DNA of 32,000 nt from Raphidiopsis brookii D9 (GTDB taxonomy: Bacteria > Cyanobacteriota > Cyanobacteriia > Cyanobacteriales > Nostocaceae). Every line of letters starts with the position of its first letter. The first letter of the stretch is position 1. The position numbers and the translations under genes are program-made. Location of the stretch: positions 79,550 through 111,549 of the forward strand of contig ACYB01000029.1 of assembly GCA_000175855.1 (NCBI GenBank), in the 5' to 3' direction. Below are positions 1 through 10,346 of the stretch, piece after piece. The notes beneath the pieces are model-generated. The model was not told where the DNA came from. It worked only from the letters and a program-made list of their open reading frames with translations, and did no database searches.

Positions 1-415
1 TAATGATTTCATTTTTAGCATCTGTAAGAATAACATTACTGTACTTACCCATAATTTCCACATACAAATGATAAAGGGGAGCTTCTCCTGGACGACGGGC
101 AAATTTTAGGTCTATTACCCTTTCCCAAGGGGCGATAAAGTCCATAGCTACTAGTGCTAGACCCCCTAATTGATGTACAAGCTGGTGGCTAAAGGTAAAA
201 GTATCGGGAATACGTGGCGGTGGTTCGCCGATGCAAATACGCGTAGCTTGCGGATGCCATGATATATCTAGCCAGTCCCGCTTTTTCATGGTCCGCAGGC
301 CTAAAGATATAGTGTAGCGATCGCGCTGGTAGACTTGTTCAGTGCGCGCTGGTAGCCAGTTAGTCCGGAGTTGGCTGCAGATGGCGGTGAGGGTAGTGAA
401 GTCGAGGGGTTGCAA
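1..415 (-). CDS. NFACT family protein (RqcH / fibronectin-binding protein A-like), N-terminal part, truncated by window edge
   Basis: Manual reverse translation gives LQPLDFTTLTAICSQLRTNWLPARTEQVYQRDRYTISLGLRT...MDFIAPWERVIDLKFARRPGEAPLYHLYVEIMGKYSNVILTDAKNEII, characteristic of cyanobacterial NFACT_N proteins. A TTG at 415 fits the usual start (MQP.DFTTLTAI); no ATG was seen. It is not in the supplied ORF list because it is cut by the edge. Confidence 0.85.
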   Translation of the reverse strand, partial: MQPLDFTTLTAICSQLRTNWLPARTEQVYQRDRYTISLGLRTMKKRDWLDISWHPQATRICIGEPPPRIPDTFTFSHQLVHQLGGLALVAMDFIAPWERVIDLKFARRPGEAPLYHLYVEIMGKYSNVILTDAKNEII

Positions 416-452
416 GATAGTTAGAGAAGGTGCGGGAGAAACTGGATAAGGA

Positions 453-725
453 TTATTCCCAGGGTGAGGGAATAGCAGTAGTGGATAAGATTTTACTGGC
501 CATCAGTCTAATTCCAGTCTTACCACAATTAGGACAGGGTACTTCTAAGAACTGTGAGGATGTGATATCCACCTCACTCAAAATCCCTTGTTTACAATGC
601 CAGCATTCAAATATGACCCTACTAACCGGTTGGTTACAATCCAGTACTTTAATATGTTGTGAAGGGGTTGGCTGGTTTGATATCTTTCTCGGCTTAGGCA
701 GTTGTCTGATTTCTCGAGTTTCCAT
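453..725 (-). CDS. Small hypothetical protein with two CxxC pairs (zinc-ribbon-like)
   Basis: 90-aa ORF with ECWHCKQ and VPCPNCGK, immediately upstream of the NFACT gene on the same strand. Confidence 0.5.
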   Translation of the reverse strand: METREIRQLPKPRKISNQPTPSQHIKVLDCNQPVSRVIFECWHCKQGILSEVDITSSQFLEVPCPNCGKTGIRLMASKILSTTAIPSPWE

Positions 726-815
726 GTTTTTGTTCTTGCTATACCGTAACTGGTACTTAGCGTACCAATGTAATTAACTCCTTTGACAATCCTCCCCATT
801 TCCCAAGGATCAATG

Positions 816-1307
816 TTATGGAGCAGTAGCAGTTAACCTCTGCTTAATTTCTGTCAGCTCCTTAGCCCAACGAGGATCGGGACGAATTGCATCCGTGTCA
901 GCGGATACTGTTATCTCCACAGGTGAACCGCCACGCTTAGATTTTTTAGAACCCTTATCACGACGACTCTGTTTGTTGGGGCTGGGAGTTGGTGCAGGCG
1001 TACTAGAAGTTTGCAGAACTGGTTTGGGAGTTTGTTCTTCGCCTTCTTCACCTTTTGTTCTAGGTAATGCTTTTTCCAGTTTAATGGCCGCATCCCTGAA
1101 CAACTGACCATTATATTTTTCAATAATTTGGTCTGCTTGATCGTCATTGTTAACTGTCAAGAAGCCAAAACCACGACATTTACCTGTTTTTCTGTCTTTT
1201 ATTAGTTTGGTGGTAACTGCATCACCCTCAGCAGCAAATACAGCTTGCAACTCTTGACGGTCAATTTCTTCTTTGGGTAAATTACCTATATACAGACGAA
1301 CGGACAT
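816..1307 (-). CDS. RRM-domain RNA-binding protein (cyanobacterial Rbp type) with a Ser/Lys/Pro-rich C-terminal tail
   Basis: RNP2-like LYIGNL and RNP1-like KCRGFGFLTV motifs; 163 aa. Confidence 0.9.
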   Translation of the reverse strand: MSVRLYIGNLPKEEIDRQELQAVFAAEGDAVTTKLIKDRKTGKCRGFGFLTVNNDDQADQIIEKYNGQLFRDAAIKLEKALPRTKGEEGEEQTPKPVLQTSSTPAPTPSPNKQSRRDKGSKKSKRGGSPVEITVSADTDAIRPDPRWAKELTEIKQRLTATAP

Positions 1308-1870
1308 GAATTTTTCCTCCGAGGTTTACATGAAAGTGAGAATAGAAAAACATTGACTTTTGGCTCTTACATAGGCTCTTATATAAATGCTACTAATAAA
1401 ATCGCCACAAACCAATTTTTTTAATCCCATCTGTTAAACTATAGTTTTAGTTTCAAACGAAATGAATACATGCTGGATATATGGTCAATATACCATATAT
1501 TAATCTCTCAGGGCTTGATAATTGTGTGGGGTGGGTGACGCGTCTTTTTGCCTTATGACTCGTGCTTACCACTAGGATCTACCATACCATAATCTTGATT
1601 ACTGGTAACACTAGATCTTAAATTCTATCGATAACAGGTTCTATTAGGAGAATGTAATCGCCCTTGTGCAGTATAGCTAAAACAGTTGACCAAATAGGGT
1701 ATTAACCAAAGGTAATATTACCATATTTTCAACATAGTTTGTCCCACACGCAAAAAAGTATCAGTTGGTAGCCTCGCATTTTAAAACAGGTTTACATCTT
1801 TTAAGTATCCATTTTGATTGCGCCAAAACAAAACTGTAGCAAGTTGGTAGCAACAAGCTTGTGTCTGCTT

Positions 1871-3505
1871 CTAATTAATCCCGGTTTCTTTAGACCAGGG
1901 AGAAGTAAGTGGTGCAATTGAGCTGAGTTTTAACTCCGGATGGTCTCCTTGTAATTGTTGACAGTTCCACTCATTACGGAATAGTAAAACAGGTCTTCCC
2001 ATAGAATCCTTTACCGTAATAGTATTAAATAAACGTCCTACTTTATTCAAAGTATGCCAACCACCATCTACCCATCGAGCTACGGTATATGGCAATAGGT
2101 CTAGGATCGTTTCCACACCATACTCATTTTGTAGTCGGAACTGAACAACCTCAAATTGTAACTGACCAACTGCTGCCAAAATCGGATCTCGTTTAGCTTC
2201 ATCCGTTGAATACATAATTTGTACAGCACCTTCTTCTCTTAATTCAGAAACACCTTTTTGAAATTGCTTGAATTTTGATGGGTTAGGATTTCTTAAGGTG
2301 GCAAAAAGTTCTGGAGAAAAATAGGGAATTCCCTCATATTCTAGCTTTTGTCCCGTATAAATTGTATCTCCAATAGCAAACACACCGGGGTTATTTAACC
2401 CAATCACATCACCCGGATAAGCCACATCTATAGATTCTCTTTCCTGGGCAAAAAGTTTCTGAGGTCGAGATAGACGAACTGCTTTACCTGTGCGAGCATG
2501 ATTGACTGTCATATCTTTTTCAAATTTGCCTGTGCAAACCCGGACAAAAGCAACTCTATCTCTATGTTTAGGGTCCATATTGGCTTGCAGTTTAAATACA
2601 AAACCCGTAAACTCCGGGTAAGTTGGTGCAATCTTACCTGCGCTGCTGTGATGATCTCCAGGTTTGAGGGCATATTCTAAAAAGCATTTAAGAAACAACT
2701 CCACCCCGAAATTAGTCATAGCACTGCCAAAAAATATGGGGGTCATTTTTCCCTGGTGGACTAAATCTAAATCCAGTTGTTCACCAGCACCTTCCAGCAA
2801 TTCTAACTCATCCTTGAGTTGGTGGTAAAGATCCTGATCTAACAATTCTTGAATTTTAGCATCTCCCAGATTGACCATTGTACTGCGAGCTTCCTTACTT
2901 CCGTGGGCGCTCCTTTCAAATAGATGGATCTGGTTATGGTTACGGTCAAATACCCCTTTAAATCTATCTCCCATACCTATAGGCCAGTTTACGGCGTATG
3001 TCTGTAAACCTAGTTCCTGTTCAATTTCATCCAATAACTCTAGAGGTTCTCTCCCAGGACGGTCAAGTTTATTAACAAAGGTAAATATAGGAATACCCCT
3101 TAATTTGCATACTTCAAACAGTTTACGAGTTTGAGGTTCCAGACCCTTAGCAGCATCAATTAACATCACCGCATTATCAGCTGCTGCTAAAGTTCTATAA
3201 GTGTCCTCACTAAAATCTTGGTGTCCAGGGGTATCCAGCAAATTAATTTGACAGCTATGATAGACAAATTGCAAAACTGTAGAGGTAATAGAAATACCCC
3301 GTTGTTGTTCCATAGCCATCCAGTCAGAAGTCACCTTACGTTGGTCTCTTCGAGCTTTAACCGCTCCAGCTTCATGAATGGCACCCCCGTATAATAATAG
3401 TTTTTCTGTCAGAGTAGTTTTACCAGCATCCGGGTGAGAAATAATGGCAAAATTGCGCCGTTGTTCTACTGCTTGACTCAGTTCTTCGGTTAGTTCAATT
3501 GTCAT
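1871..3505 (-). CDS. prfC: Peptide chain release factor 3 (GTPase)
   Basis: [47 protein letters not shown] and NKLD motifs. The supplied ORF runs to 3634, but the internal ATG at 3505 ([17 protein letters not shown]) is the more plausible start (544 aa). Confidence 0.95.
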   Translation of the reverse strand: MTIELTEELSQAVEQRRNFAIISHPDAGKTTLTEKLLLYGGAIHEAGAVKARRDQRKVTSDWMAMEQQRGISITSTVLQFVYHSCQINLLDTPGHQDFSEDTYRTLAAADNAVMLIDAAKGLEPQTRKLFEVCKLRGIPIFTFVNKLDRPGREPLELLDEIEQELGLQTYAVNWPIGMGDRFKGVFDRNHNQIHLFERSAHGSKEARSTMVNLGDAKIQELLDQDLYHQLKDELELLEGAGEQLDLDLVHQGKMTPIFFGSAMTNFGVELFLKCFLEYALKPGDHHSSAGKIAPTYPEFTGFVFKLQANMDPKHRDRVAFVRVCTGKFEKDMTVNHARTGKAVRLSRPQKLFAQERESIDVAYPGDVIGLNNPGVFAIGDTIYTGQKLEYEGIPYFSPELFATLRNPNPSKFKQFQKGVSELREEGAVQIMYSTDEAKRDPILAAVGQLQFEVVQFRLQNEYGVETILDLLPYTVARWVDGGWHTLNKVGRLFNTITVKDSMGRPVLLFRNEWNCQQLQGDHPELKLSSIAPLTSPWSKETGIN

Positions 3506-3551
3506 AGTTTCATAGTTATAGTTATTAGTAAGCTTAACTTGAGATATTATT

Positions 3552-4106
3552 TTACCTAAGACGTTTATGCAAAAAAAACTGTCGAGAGGGGAAGAAAAAA
3601 TCCTGCCAACTGGACTCCACCCTATAGATTTCATATCCCAACTTTAAGTATAGCTTCCTAGCTTGATCATTTTTTTCCAAAACATGAAGATAAATGTCTT
3701 GAAATCCCCAGGTTTTACACACTTGTTCACAACTGATTAGTAAACTAGATGCCAAACCATATCTCCGATATCTTGGAGCAACAGCCAAGTTAGACACATA
3801 GGGCAATAATCTGCTGTAACTTGTCCAACTATGGATAGATCTCACTCCCAGTTCCACTGTACCAAGAACTTTACAATTGCCCGATTGGCTCGTATGGACA
3901 GCGACTAAACAAGTCTGGTGAGGCATTAATGTTTGGAGACGATATTTGAGATCTTCATAAATGCCAATTCTAAACAATGGGAAGGCCCATCCCCATAAAC
4001 CATTCTGGGAATAAAAGCTTTCGGTTATTATTTGGGCAATTCCAGACAAATCACTGGAAGTGGCCACACGAACTTGCCAATCACAAGCATTTAAACTCAC
4101 AAGCAT
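3552..4106 (-). CDS. GNAT family N-acetyltransferase (RimI-like)
   Basis: [20 protein letters not shown]...[20 protein letters not shown]...[26 protein letters not shown], a typical GNAT acetyl-CoA-binding core. Confidence 0.85.
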   Translation of the reverse strand: MLVSLNACDWQVRVATSSDLSGIAQIITESFYSQNGLWGWAFPLFRIGIYEDLKYRLQTLMPHQTCLVAVHTSQSGNCKVLGTVELGVRSIHSWTSYSRLLPYVSNLAVAPRYRRYGLASSLLISCEQVCKTWGFQDIYLHVLEKNDQARKLYLKLGYEIYRVESSWQDFFFPSRQFFLHKRLR

Positions 4107-4155
4107 TTAAGAGAGATGTCATTGTATTATCAATGTTGTTGAGATTCCCGGGAAC

Positions 4156-5042
4156 ATGAGCCAATTAAAATATTGTCAGCAATTGTTTGTTAGTTCACAG
4201 TGGTTATTTGGTAATATTACTAATTCAGATAATAACACACAGGATGATTCGTGTATAGTAGTGGTGGATTGTCGATTTTCCCTGGCTGATCCTTTATGGG
4301 GAAGGAATCAATACCAGATGGGCCACATACCAGGCGCTTACTACTTAGATTTAAACCAAGATCTGTCCGGTGTAGTTGGTCAACATGGAGGAAGACACCC
4401 TTTACCAGATGTGTCTATTTTAGCTGATAAGCTGGCACAAATGGGGATTAATCATGGGCAATCTTTGGTAGTCGCTTATGATGATTCTCGATTGGCATTT
4501 GCATCTCGATTATGGTGGCTATTACGTTACTTAGGCCACGAAAATGTAGCCGTTTTGGATGGCGGTTTTTCCGGATGGCAAAGTTTAGGTTACCCCGTCT
4601 CTAATATACCATCTACCATACCGGGAAAGAGGGAAATTTTACTCCCCACCTACAAGCAACAAAAATTGTGGATTTTAATTATGTTAAACATTATGTAGAA
4701 CAAATTAATCAGTCTACACTAACAGAAAACAAACCAGTTCTAATAGACGCAAGGGAAGGCGATCGCTATCGTGGGGAAAGGGAACCCATTGATGCAATTG
4801 CTGGTCATATTCCAGGTGCTATAAATTACCCTTGGCAAGGGGTAACAAATGCCCAGGGCTATTTACTATCAGATCAAGGAGAAAGATGGCAAGCAATAGC
4901 AAATAGTCCAGAAATCATTGTTTATTGTGGTTCTGGTGTCACTGCTTGTGTTAATTTGCTATCCTTGGAAATAGCGGGAATTTCCACTGCTAAACTTTAT
5001 CCTGGTAGTTGGAGTGATTGGATTAGTTATCAGACAAACAAC
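4156..5042 (+). pseudogene. Two-domain rhodanese/3-mercaptopyruvate sulfurtransferase, interrupted by an apparent 1-nt deletion near 4631 and lacking its own stop codon
   Basis: ORF 4156..4698 encodes domain 1 (VVVDCRFSLADPLWGRNQYQMGHIPGAYYLDLNQDLSG...VVAYDDSRLAFASRLWWLLRYLGHENVAVLDGGFSGWQ). Domain 2 continues in the -1 frame ([35 protein letters not shown]...[20 protein letters not shown]...GSWSDWISY), with CGSGVTAC as the active-site loop. It may be a sequencing error rather than a true pseudogene. Confidence 0.8.
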
Positions 5043-6164
5043 ATGTTTTCTTTTATTCGCCCGGATTTATCCGAATTTACATCTTATAAACCTCACCCCA
5101 GTAGTGATACGTTAGAACCAGTAAACACTGAGCTAGATAGGCTTGATACTAATGAGAGTCCTTATGATTTGCCACAGGAAATTAAGAAAAAACTAGCTGA
5201 GACTTTTCAACACACTATAGAGTCTAATCGCTATCCCGATGGTGGGCACGAAGCACTAAAAGCGGAAATAGCTCAATATGTGAGTGAATCCGCTGGTCTA
5301 TCTTCTGATTCTTTCAGTGCTGTTAACATTTCCGTCGGTAATGGTTCGGATGAGTTAATTCGTTCCCTCTTAATTTCCACCTGTTTGGGAGGAGCAGGTT
5401 CTATTTTAGTTGCCAATCCCACTTTCTCCATGTACGCTATCCTGGCACAAACCTTGGGTATTCCCGTGGTCAGTGTGGGTAGGAATCATGGTCACTTTGA
5501 AATGGAACTAGATGCTGCTCAAACAGCTTTAAAAGAAGCAAATCCCCCTGTGCGGGCGGTTTTTGTTGTCCATCCTAACTCTCCTACCGCTAACTGCTTG
5601 ACCGTATCAGAGTTAAATTGGTTGCAAGGTTTACCACTGGACATATTAGTGGTTATTGATGAGGCTTATTTTGAATTCAGTCAAAACACTCTGGTAGAAA
5701 GATTAATCAAACATCCTAATTGGGTGATTTTACGGACATTTTCCAAAGCTTTTCGACTGGCCGCCATGCGGGTAGGTTATTGTGTGGGTCATCCCCAGGT
5801 AATTTCTATTTTAGAAAAGGTTCGTCTACCCTATAATTTACCGAGTTTTTCCCTAGTTGGTGCTTTGGTGGCACTACAGAATCGTCAAGTTTTACTGAGT
5901 TCTATCGCTGAAACTCTCACAGAAAGAGATAAATTGATTCAAGATTTATCCACACACCCCATTTTAGAGGTGGTTCCCAGTAATACTAATTTTATTTATG
6001 TTCGGTTAAAACACAATCATTCCCATGATGGAGTGTTAAAAAACATCAGTCAGAAATTAAGGAGCGAAGGTACTCTAATTAGACTATTACCTGGTGGATT
6101 ACGAATCACCATAGGAACACCCGAGGAAAATGCCCGCACATTGAAGAGACTTGGACAAATCTGA
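5043..6164 (+). CDS. hisC: Histidinol-phosphate aminotransferase, in frame with the upstream rhodanese domain and no intervening stop
   Basis: [64 protein letters not shown] and [12 protein letters not shown]. The natural start is likely ATG 5043 ([12 protein letters not shown]). Confidence 0.93.
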   Translation: MFSFIRPDLSEFTSYKPHPSSDTLEPVNTELDRLDTNESPYDLPQEIKKKLAETFQHTIESNRYPDGGHEALKAEIAQYVSESAGLSSDSFSAVNISVGNGSDELIRSLLISTCLGGAGSILVANPTFSMYAILAQTLGIPVVSVGRNHGHFEMELDAAQTALKEANPPVRAVFVVHPNSPTANCLTVSELNWLQGLPLDILVVIDEAYFEFSQNTLVERLIKHPNWVILRTFSKAFRLAAMRVGYCVGHPQVISILEKVRLPYNLPSFSLVGALVALQNRQVLLSSIAETLTERDKLIQDLSTHPILEVVPSNTNFIYVRLKHNHSHDGVLKNISQKLRSEGTLIRLLPGGLRITIGTPEENARTLKRLGQI

Positions 6165-6174
6165 GAGGAAAAAT

Positions 6175-7064
6175 ATGGATTTTCTTCCCCAGGTCACAAA
6201 AGATGGTTCCCTCACTTTTTTCTCTGAAGAGTTTCAGGAGTCTTTCCACAGTCTTTATGGTGCTAAACAGGAGAGTTTTCTCAAATTTGTGATTCCCACC
6301 CAAGTACCCCTATTCGCCCAAACAGGAATATTAAAATTTTAGATGTTTGCTACGGATTAGGGTACAACACCGCCGTAGCATTAGAATCCATTCGGGGAGA
6401 AAATGCCAATTGTCGGGTAGAGATTATAGGTTTAGAATCCGATCCTCTGGTTCCCCAATCCGCAATTTGTCACAATGTTTTTGCCGATTGGCATCAAGAG
6501 TATAAACTAATTTTGAAGGAAATTGCTTTTAAACACTGTTATCAAGATGATAATTTGAGTGTTAGACTAATTATAAATGACGCGAGAAAATCCATTCAGG
6601 AGATATTGTCCTCTGGTTTTTTAGCAGATGTGATTTTTCTAGATCCTTTTTCTCCACCCCATTGTCCCCAACTATGGACTGTAGAGTTTATTGAACAGAT
6701 TGCTCTTTGTTTGCAACCAGGTGGACTGCTGGCAACTTACTCGTGTGCTGCTGCTGTCCGCACAGCTTTAATTTCTGCTGGGTTGATAATTGGCTCTACC
6801 ACTCCTGTGGGAAGACGCACTCCAGGAACCATTGCTGGTTATGCTCCACACCAGCATAAGTATATCACAGAAACTTATCCCCTGGGTGCAGCAGAAATAG
6901 AACACTTAAAAACCCGTGCGGCCATTCCCTATCGTGACCCTCAACTTCAAGATGAAGCTCCTAATATCATGAAACGACGAGAACAGGAAGTTCTCACATC
7001 TACCCTAGAATCTACTTCTCAGTGGAGAAAAAGATGGCTGACAAATAACACCCCAACTCAATAA
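6175..7064 (+). pseudogene. MnmD/MnmC-N-like tRNA (mnm5s2U34) methyltransferase, interrupted by an apparent 1-nt deletion at ~6333-6340
   Basis: N-terminal part (MDFLPQVTKDGSLTFFSEEFQESFHSLYGAKQESFLKFVIPTQVP...GILKF*) ends at 6342. The -1 frame continues ILDVCYGLGYNTAVALESIRGENANCRVEIIGLESDP...DARKSIQEI...ADVIFLDPFSPPHCPQLWTVEF...GGLLATYSCAAAVRTALISAGL. May be an assembly error. Confidence 0.8.
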
Positions 7065-7128
7065 AAGATAAAACCATTTAAGTCTACATTTAAACCTCTA
7101 CTTAAACTCAGTTAAAACTTGACAATTC

Positions 7129-9573
7129 ATGATAGCAACGGAAACCTTAGAATTATTAGAATGGCCTCGACTTTGTCAACATCTTTCTAGCTTTGCTACA
7201 ACTAAGTTAGGTACAATAGTTGCTCGTTCCTTACCAATTCCATCCACACTAGAGGAAAGTGAAGGGTTATTGTGCCAAACCAAGGAGGTGTATCAGTTAG
7301 AAAGCCAACTGATTTCAGGATTATCTTTTGAGGGAATTCAAGATATTGGTGATTCCCTAGAAAGAGCTGAACTTCATGGTCTGCTATCAAGTGAAGAACT
7401 GTTGGCTATAGCTACCACCTTAGCAGGAGCGAGAAATTTACGTCGAGTAATTGATAATCAGGAAGATTTACCCATTCTCTGTGATTTGGTCTCCCAATTG
7501 CGAACCTATCCTGAGTTAGAGCAGGAAGTCCATCATTGTATTGATGAGCGGGCCCAGATTGCAGACCGCGCTAGTCAAAAATTGTCCGAAATTCGTGAGG
7601 ATTTACGTAAATTACGTAGTCAAATTACCCAGAAACTCCATAATATTATTCAAGTTAAGTCCAACGCTCTACAGGAACTGATTATTACTCAAAGAGGTGA
7701 TCGCTATGTATTACCTGTTAAAGCACCACAAAAAGATGCAGTTCCCGGGATTGTTCACGACTCTTCTACTAGTGGTGCTACCTTATATATTGAGCCCAAT
7801 AGTATTGTTTCTATGGGCAACCAATTGCGTCAAACCTTAAAACGAGAACAGGTAGAAATAGAAGCCATACTGAGAATATTAACTACAAAAGTAGCAGAAG
7901 TAAAACCGGATCTAGAAAAGTTACTAGCCATTGTCACCACCATAGATGTAGCTGCAGCTAAAGCTAGATATAGTCTTTGGATAGAGGGTAATCCACCTCG
8001 ATTGATTCACCCTTCCATACCAGGTTCATCTTCCCAAATTATCACTCTGCGGCAATTACGCCATCCCTTGTTAGTTTGGCAACAAAAACACGAACAGGGA
8101 CATCCAGTGGTTCCAGTAGACTTACTAATTAGTCCCCATATTAAAGTTGTCACCATGACTGGACCAAATACCGGTGGTAAAACTGTTACCTTGAAAACTC
8201 TAGGTTTGGCCGCATTAATGGCTAAAGTAGGTTTATTTATTCCCGCACGTGAACCGGTGGAAATACCTTGGTTTAGTCAGGTTTTAGCTGATATTGGGGA
8301 TGAACAGTCCTTGGCACAAAGCTTATCCACCTTTTCCGGTCATATTCGTCGCATTAGTCGCATTTTAAATGCTATTGGCGAGGAAATCCAGTCCTCACCC
8401 TACCAAACCAGTCATTCCCTGATTCTTTTGGACGAAGTAGGCGCAGGTACAGATCCAGCGGAAGGTAGCGCCCTGGCGATCGCACTGTTGAAATATCTTG
8501 GAGATCATGCTCAATTAACCATTGCCACCACGCACTTTGGGGAATTAAAATCCTTAAAATATGAGGATATTCGCTTTGAAAATGCCTCAGTAGAATTTAA
8601 TGAAACCACCCTTTCCCCCACCTACAGATTATTGTGGGGGATTCCGGGACGTTCTAATGCGCTGGCCATAGCTTTGCGGTTGGGATTAAAACCAGAAGTA
8701 GTGGAGAATGCTAAAAGCCAATTAGGAGGAACAACGGATGAAGTTAATCAAGTAATTGCAGGACTAGAAGCTCAAAGACGGAGTCAGGAAACAAAAGCTG
8801 CAGCGGCCCAGGAACTACTCAAGCAGACAGAAAAATTATACAAAGAAGTTTCCCAGCGAGCCACAGCGTTAGAAGAAAGGGAAAAAGATCTGCGAGCTTC
8901 CCAAGAGATAGCGGTACAGAAAGCCATTACTCAAGCTAAGGGAGAAATTGCCCAGGTAATTCGCCAGCTCCAACAAGGTAAACCCACGGCTCAAGATGCA
9001 CAAAAAGCAACTAAGTTACTAACTGAAATTGCGGATAAATACCAACCAGCAGCTCCCCCAAAAGTGAAACAAGGATTTATCCCCGAACCTGGTGAAAGGG
9101 TGCGCATACCTAAATTAGGGCAAACTGCCCAGGTAATATCTGCTGCGGATGGAAATGGGGAGTTGACAGTGCGATTTGGAATGATGAAAATGACGGTAAA
9201 CCTGGAGGATGTGGAATCCCTAGATGGGGAAAAACCATTAGTACCCAGCAAAACCAAAGCCCCCCTTGCTGGAGTTTCTGGGCAAAAACAAGAGCTTATA
9301 GCAGCATCATTACCCTCAACTGAGAATTTGGAGATGCGCACATCCAAAAATACTGTTGATTTACGCGGAAAAAGGGTAGCAGATGCTGAATATATCCTAG
9401 ACCAAGTTATTTCCCAAGCAGCAGGACCAGTATGGATTATTCATGGATATGGAACTGGTAAACTCAAACAAGGAGTTCATGAGTTCTTGCAACAGCACCC
9501 GAGGGTCAGTCATTATGAAGCAGCATCCCGGGTGGACGGTGGTACTGGTGTAACTATCGCCCATATCAAATAG
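7129..9573 (+). CDS. mutS2: MutS2 family endonuclease (MutS-type ATPase with C-terminal Smr domain)
   Basis: TMTGPNTGGKTVTLKTLGLAALMAKVGLFIPA (Walker A), LILLDEVGAGTDPAEGSALA (Walker B), and Smr LDLRG/HGxGTGxL equivalents (VDLRGKRVADAEYILD, IIHGYGTGKLKQGVHEFL). Confidence 0.97.
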   Translation: MIATETLELLEWPRLCQHLSSFATTKLGTIVARSLPIPSTLEESEGLLCQTKEVYQLESQLISGLSFEGIQDIGDSLERAELHGLLSSEELLAIATTLAGARNLRRVIDNQEDLPILCDLVSQLRTYPELEQEVHHCIDERAQIADRASQKLSEIREDLRKLRSQITQKLHNIIQVKSNALQELIITQRGDRYVLPVKAPQKDAVPGIVHDSSTSGATLYIEPNSIVSMGNQLRQTLKREQVEIEAILRILTTKVAEVKPDLEKLLAIVTTIDVAAAKARYSLWIEGNPPRLIHPSIPGSSSQIITLRQLRHPLLVWQQKHEQGHPVVPVDLLISPHIKVVTMTGPNTGGKTVTLKTLGLAALMAKVGLFIPAREPVEIPWFSQVLADIGDEQSLAQSLSTFSGHIRRISRILNAIGEEIQSSPYQTSHSLILLDEVGAGTDPAEGSALAIALLKYLGDHAQLTIATTHFGELKSLKYEDIRFENASVEFNETTLSPTYRLLWGIPGRSNALAIALRLGLKPEVVENAKSQLGGTTDEVNQVIAGLEAQRRSQETKAAAAQELLKQTEKLYKEVSQRATALEEREKDLRASQEIAVQKAITQAKGEIAQVIRQLQQGKPTAQDAQKATKLLTEIADKYQPAAPPKVKQGFIPEPGERVRIPKLGQTAQVISAADGNGELTVRFGMMKMTVNLEDVESLDGEKPLVPSKTKAPLAGVSGQKQELIAASLPSTENLEMRTSKNTVDLRGKRVADAEYILDQVISQAAGPVWIIHGYGTGKLKQGVHEFLQQHPRVSHYEAASRVDGGTGVTIAHIK

Positions 9574-9730
9574 GCAAAACTTAACAACTTCTTATAATTA
9601 AGACAATAAATTTTCATTTCCCATAAAACTAAGACTTATTCTCTTGTTTAAACTGGGTAGTTGAGTCAACCAAAACCAAATCAATCTTTGTTGTTGTCAT
9701 GCTTGATAGCTTTTATTTACCGGATCACCT

Positions 9731-10333
9731 ATGACAAAAGTTATGCAATCGACTGATAAATCAGTCAAAGCCAATTCCCCATGGCAAGAATTAAGTCAGT
9801 TTCCAACTCCTAAATCGGTAGAATGGGATAACATTAAAACTCAATTGGATTTAGTGCTTTTAGCCCTGGAAACTTTAACTGGTATTGGTTCAGATGCGAT
9901 GTTATCTGCAGCTACCCATCTGGATCTGGAATCAAAAGTACCCGATAGAATAGCTTTATGGCGATTACGCCAATCTAACCCCCTACGCAAAAGTCCAGGA
10001 GGAAGAAAAAAGCTAGATGTGGACGAGGCTAGATCTCTAGTTTTAATTACTTGTTATCTTGCTAAACAACATCAAGAGTTAATTCGGCGCGCTGTAGGGT
10101 TATTAGAAAAAATAGCGGCTAATCACCAGCAACTTCATCAAAATGCTTTACTGGCAGATTATACGGATAACTTCTGCAATGTTTACCAGGAAAGAATGGA
10201 GGAAGATGATAAAATTTCTACTGATTTGTTGACTAATTTAGCGGTTAAACTACTGATAGATTTACTCTTTTATAGCTCTCCTACTGGACATCGCCGACTC
10301 TGGTTAACATTGCTAGACCGTTCCACAAGATAA
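9731..10333 (+). CDS. DUF3038-type cyanobacterial conserved protein
   Basis: 200 aa (LDLVLLALETLTGIGSDAML...LWRLRQSNPLRK...DEARSLVLITCYLA...LTNLAVKLLIDLLFYSSPTGHRRLWLTLLD), adjacent to a DUF4335-like gene. Family assigned from memory of sequence and gene order. Confidence 0.7.
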   Translation: MTKVMQSTDKSVKANSPWQELSQFPTPKSVEWDNIKTQLDLVLLALETLTGIGSDAMLSAATHLDLESKVPDRIALWRLRQSNPLRKSPGGRKKLDVDEARSLVLITCYLAKQHQELIRRAVGLLEKIAANHQQLHQNALLADYTDNFCNVYQERMEEDDKISTDLLTNLAVKLLIDLLFYSSPTGHRRLWLTLLDRSTR

Positions 10334-10346
10334 TGATATTTTTACT

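Noticed and set aside
1308-1870. Long intergenic region between the RRM gene and prfC, checked for tRNA or small RNA
   Set aside because: No cloverleaf or known RNA motif recognised by eye. It could host the RRM gene's 5' UTR/promoter, but nothing specific can be supported.
4630-4700. Programmed -1 ribosomal frameshift in the sulfurtransferase
   Set aside because: No X-XXY-YYZ heptamer in the correct phase and no obvious stimulatory structure. A single lost G restores the expected linker, so an indel is more economical.
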